From the NCBI RefSeq assembly GCF_004010195.1, contig NC_057719.1, positions 17,118,517-17,174,899 on the forward strand: 56,383 nt of DNA, in the 5' to 3' direction. Below are positions 51,661 to 56,383 of the stretch, piece after piece (the first letter of the stretch is position 1; each line of letters opens with the position of its first letter). Origin of the DNA: Chiloscyllium plagiosum. Its lineage: Eukaryota. The notes under the pieces were generated by a model, which was not told the origin of the DNA, did no database searches, and worked only from the letters and a program-made list of their open reading frames with translations. The position numbers were made by a program, and so were the translations under genes.

Positions 51661-53514
51661 ATAAAACTGCGATTGATTCATGTCGTATGTCAAATTAACC
51701 CGGCTGCCAAAATATTTGCTCATTGCAACTTGACTTGTGTTTGATTTTCTTTTCAAGTATGCACTCTCTCATCACTTCTGAAAAAATAGAATTCCAAATA
51801 ATAGCAAGAACTGATAATGAGTTGCTAACTGGGCATTTATACCTTCAGAGTGACTGTATTTTATCAGTTTTGCCCTTTTCATTCAACAGGATTGGTTTGT
51901 CCTAGTGGAAAAGTGCCACTAAAGTTAGTTAATTTTTGAAAATGAAGACCAGCAATTTGGCTGAGCAATATTAATATAAACGTTATGCAACTCCTTTGTC
52001 TGCTACTTTCAAAGTGTGAACTGTTCATTTTAAATTAAACACAGGAACATGTTGGTTAAAGAGCCAGACGAAAAGAGTTCAAATTGGCAGATCCAGCCAA
52101 GCTGTTGTCCCAGAGCTTTGGTAAATGGCGATCCAGGTTAATAAATAAATACTATTGAGTGAGTGATCAAGGTGGAGTCCAGTTGAATTTATCCTAATAT
52201 TGCACAGGGTCGATTCAAAGCTAAAATTCTTTCCATCATATCAAAAGACACTGAATGTTTTCAAAATTTCCTGCAGCTTCTTATTCATTACATGTTGTGC
52301 ATTGATTTTTCTTTCTGCATGACTTTTTGTTAACCTCAACTTACCGATGGGTGCATTTCCATTTTTAGATCGTGCTTTGACTTTGTTAATGAAATAATAG
52401 ACTTGACAAGAAACGTCAATAATGCACATTTTAGCTGCTTGAAAGAAGCAGATGTCTGTCTGTTTACATGGAGGTGCTCTTCATTTCAACGTGCACTTAG
52501 CTCCAGCCACCTCTGCTCCCACGAGGACTTCATGACAAAGGGATAATGTTGTTGCAATAATATTCAATGTAAAATGACTTTGCTGCGTTTCTGAACAAAG
52601 AGGCAGCACGAGGGCAGCAACATTGTGACCTTGCCATGTTGCAGATGACATCCACCACATAGGGCCTGAAGGGGGTGACGGAGGTGGCTAGAAGGGGAAA
52701 TAATCAGATGAGGTGACCCCGGCAAGATACTCACAGCTCCTCCCCCTCCCTCAATCTTGCCACTTCGCCAATTAAGTGCTGGGTGAAAGGATTGAGTGGG
52801 GACTGTCTTGCCAGCAATTAAGGCCCTGAGGTTGCCAACTAATGACCACTTAAGGACTCCTGATTTCCTGGCTTCTCAGCAAGTGAGGAAAGTGCTTAGT
52901 TTCCCGACTGGTTACCAAAGCCCTCCATTTGCCCAGCAATATAGCATGTGGATAGGTTTTCAGATGCTGCACTGGCATCAAGTACAGAAACACTGCACTG
53001 TTTTCTGGAGAACAAACACCTCCTTCCCACATGGGCCAGACCCATGCTCCAATTGGCGGGAACAGAAGCCTGTGTCGGGTAATACAAACAGTCTGGGTCC
53101 AGTGCTGTGTATGGAGTCCTACATGAAACTTAACAATTTCAGTTGTCGTCAGTGAAACATCCTTTCCTGACGAATGCTGCAAACCGCTCCATTAGCCTCA
53201 CCTAGCACTCTCAACTTAGCTACAGGTTTCAGAAATGTTTCATGCAAACCAAAAGTGCTGAAAAAATGCCCCCTTTCCTGTTCATTTAAGTCAGCTCTAT
53301 CTTTCCTTGATGCTGCAGCTTAAGGGGAACAGCAATGAGACCCCCATGAGTCTCAGTGGAGAGAGTGGCCTTTCAAAAGCCTGCACCTCCTTCCAGACGC
53401 CCAGCTCCTCTCCCCTTCACCAACCTTTCAAAACTCCTCCAGCCACCCAGGAGTTACACTAGCACTGCAACAGCAAGTAGATAATCAGAAGCAATTTACT
53501 TGCAATTGGTTTTT

Positions 53515-54750
53515 CTTTATTTCACTCACAGGATGTAGGCATTGCTGATACAGCCAGTGTTTATTGGCCATCCCTAGCTGCCCTTGAGAGGGTGGGGTGC
53601 CTGGAACCATTTGGTGTAGGTACACCACAATGCCATTATGGAGGGAGTTCCAGGCCTTTGACCCAGTGATCCTGAACGAAAACAGCAAAATATTTCCGAG
53701 TCAGGATGGCATGAGGCTTGGAAGGGAAGTTGCAGATGGTGATGGTGATGCAGTTACTTCCCATGTATCTGTTGCTCTTCTCCTTCAAGATAGAAGTGGC
53801 CCTGGGATTTTAGAAGGAGCAATCTAAGAAGCCTTGGTGAATTTCTGCAGTGTATCTTGTAGATGCACTACACTGCTGCTACTGAGCATCGTGCTGGAGG
53901 GAGTGGATGCTTGTGGATGTAGTGCAAATTAAACAATCTGCTTTGCCTGGATAGTATCAAGTGTTGTTGGAGCTGCACCCATCCAGGCAAGTGAGGAGTA
54001 TCCCATCAGACTCCTGTCTTCTACCTTGTAGATTGTGGACAGACTGTGGGGAGTCAGGAAGTGTGGTACTTGTTGCAAGATTCCAAGTGTCTGATGCATT
54101 TGTAGCCACAGTATGTACTTGGTGAGTCAAGTTCAGTTTCTCATCAACAGTAAGCCTCAGATGTCGATAATGGAGGATTCAGTGATAGTGATACCATTGA
54201 ATATCAAGGCACAACAGTTGAATTCTCTACTGTTAGACATGCTCATGGCTTACACTTATGTGGCACAAATGTTACATGCTACTTCTTAGCCGAAACTTGA
54301 ATTTGTCCAGGCCTTGCTGCATTTGGGAATGGTTTGCTTCCAAAAGTGAGGAGTCATGAATGGTGTCGAACAATGTTCGGTCATCCCATTTATGAACTTA
54401 TAATGATGGAAAGGTCATTGATGAAGTTGGGCTTATGACACTACCCTGAGGAACTTCTGTAGAGATATCCCAGAGCTACAATGACTAAGCTATAATAACC
54501 ACAACCATCTTCCTACGTATCAGGTATGCTTCAACCAGCAGACAGTTTTCCCCTTTTCCCAGTGAATTCAATTCTGCTCAGGCTCCTTGATGCCACACTC
54601 AGTCAAAAACAGTCTTGATATCAAGGAGAAACACTCTCATCAGCTTGTTTTTACATGTTTGGACCAAAGCTATTATGAGGTTAGGAACTGAGTAGCTCTG
54701 GCAGAACCCAACACTGAACAGGGTATTGCTTAGCAAATAGTGATGCCTTT
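53515..54750 (-). mobile_element. CR1-clade LINE with degenerate RT (second family)
   Basis: Reverse complement VPQGSVISP..FINDL; 3' UTR ggatgtaggcattgctg. Confidence 0.8.
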
Positions 54751-54921
54751 AAATAGCACTGCTTGTGGGTGGGGGATTTCATATGGCTCTTCATATAGTT
54801 GAACACAAATCTAGTTGTGAATCTGTAAGAAGGAACATTAATAAAGTGACAAAGTTCACCACAAAAGGCTGGGTGATAATAACATTAGATGCTGACTGAT
54901 ATAACAAACTAGGCAGAAGTG

Positions 54922-55010
54922 GGTACTGCAAATGCTGGAGATTAGAGTCAAGATTAGAGTGGTGCTGGAAAAGCACAGCAGGTCAGGCAGCATTCGAGGA
55001 GCAGGAAAAT
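54922..55010 (-). mobile_element. PLE end fragment (family A)
   Basis: gagtggtgctggaaaagcacagcaggtcaggcagcattcgaggagcagg. Confidence 0.8.
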
Positions 55011-55986
55011 CCTCATTTTCCTAATATCACAAACTACCCACGCAGTACACTTTCAATGCTTACACAGAATATCTGTACTATTGCTCTCTTTAACATGACA
55101 GCTGGTATTTGCCATGCTAAAAGAGGTTGGGAATTAATAGCTCCAACCAACCCTCACCAATATTCATCTTCACCAGATTTCGGAGTGGCTGCACTACTGA
55201 ATTTAACTTTGCAAACAGTATTTTTATCCTTAATTTCCATTTTCATTAAGATGTAATAAGCTTGTGCTGGATAAGGAACTAATGCACCGTCCTTCGTGCT
55301 TGGAGTCAACACCACAAACTAAAAGGATGCAATAGCCATCACATATAACAGATAACAGCAAACCAAAACGGCTGTGCTTTTAGGCTGTGATTGGGATTGT
55401 GGCCACTGCTAGCAGAGTATCAGTGGCTAATTACCTGCTTCAAACTGCATTGGACCTGATCTAGGAAGACTAATGCAGAAAAGGTGCTGGGTGTAAAGCT
55501 GAGTAAAGTGTCCCACATTCTCTCTCACTATCATCCCTCACCCTGAGTAAATAATATTCACCAAAAGTTTACAAGGAAGTTATCGTGTATCATCAAAGAA
55601 GAATCAAACAGAAAATTCAAATCAGTAAAAACCTTAATCTCCTAATCTCCATAATTTTACATCACATCCCACCATGATAGTTTTAAAATTATAATTACAT
55701 TTAAACTACAGATCAAATATAATGAGAGGCAATTTTTACTGAAAGCCCGGTATTTATATAGTTAAGAATTGTAGGAGGAGAATTGTTGAGTAACATAGTC
55801 AAGATAAATTGAATGATCTAAAGAGAAAATATCAATAATTATTTTGTGTTTGTTCATGATGCCCAACAATAGAAAAAAACCTACTTGAGATTATTCAAAA
55901 GCTCAATCGGTCTCACTAGGTTATCCCTTGAGCTGAATATTCCCATGAAGTACAATGGAACATCTTGAATCAGGAACAAGTCAAAT

Positions 55987-56383
55987 CTTTTGGAAACAGT
56001 AGAGACAGATAACACTGCCAGTCCGTGAGGCAGCCAGGTCTGTCAATCAAAAGTTGGCGCAGAGGCAGAGTGGAAGAGTCGGACATCGCACAGAGCTGTG
56101 GTAATAGGGGACTCCATAGTGAGAGGAACTGACCGGGGTTTTTGTGGCAGCAGACGGGACTTAAGGATGGTGTGTTGCCTTCCTGGTGCCAGGGTTAAAG
56201 ACATCACAGACAGGGTGCAGGAAATCCTCAAGGACGAAGGTGAAGAGCCAGAGGTGGTGGTGCATGTCGGCACAAATGATGTCGGGAAGAAGAGGAGGGA
56301 CATACTACAGCGGGACTTTGGAGAACTAGGAAGAAGGCTGAAAAGCAGGACGTCCAGGGTGGTTATCTCCGGTTTGCTTCCAG
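55987..56383 (+). mobile_element. CR1 LINE ORF1 SGNH/GDSL esterase domain, runs off the window
   Basis: Open from 56029: RAVVIGDSIVRGTDRGFCG...CCLPGARVKD...VVHVGTNDVG...SRVVISGLLP; in-frame TGA at 56026. Confidence 0.92.

Noticed and set aside
56029..56383. Host GDSL esterase gene
   Set aside because: The motif pattern is typical CR1 ORF1, with an upstream in-frame stop and no splice signals.

Overview
Eukaryotic, repeat-rich non-coding DNA, almost certainly from a shark or other elasmobranch. This is inferred from HE1-type tRNA/V-SINEs, HER1/CR1 LINEs and SacSINE/Deu-SINEs. I recognise no host protein-coding gene; the supplied ORFs are mostly transposon debris or chance frames. The window holds about 11 HE1 SINEs, many CR1, L2 and Rex1 fragments, a Tx1 (L1-clade) ORF2 3' end, a Harbinger Myb remnant, a pogo-type MITE, a solo LTR and over a dozen Penelope-like (PLE) ends, often in nested insertions. 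The most notable signals are four. (1) Short palindromic PLE-derived units of three sequence families carry minimal hammerhead-ribozyme motifs, and one is bounded by a perfect 14-bp TSD. (2) One such palindrome has captured 46 bp of nearby genomic DNA as its spacer. (3) An SVA-like composite retroposon joins a 22-bp VNTR to a Rex1-type tail. (4) There are small repair scars: a 38-bp inverted templated copy and a telomeric insert. Family names come from motif recognition, not database searches, and most boundaries are approximate (about 10-30 bp).
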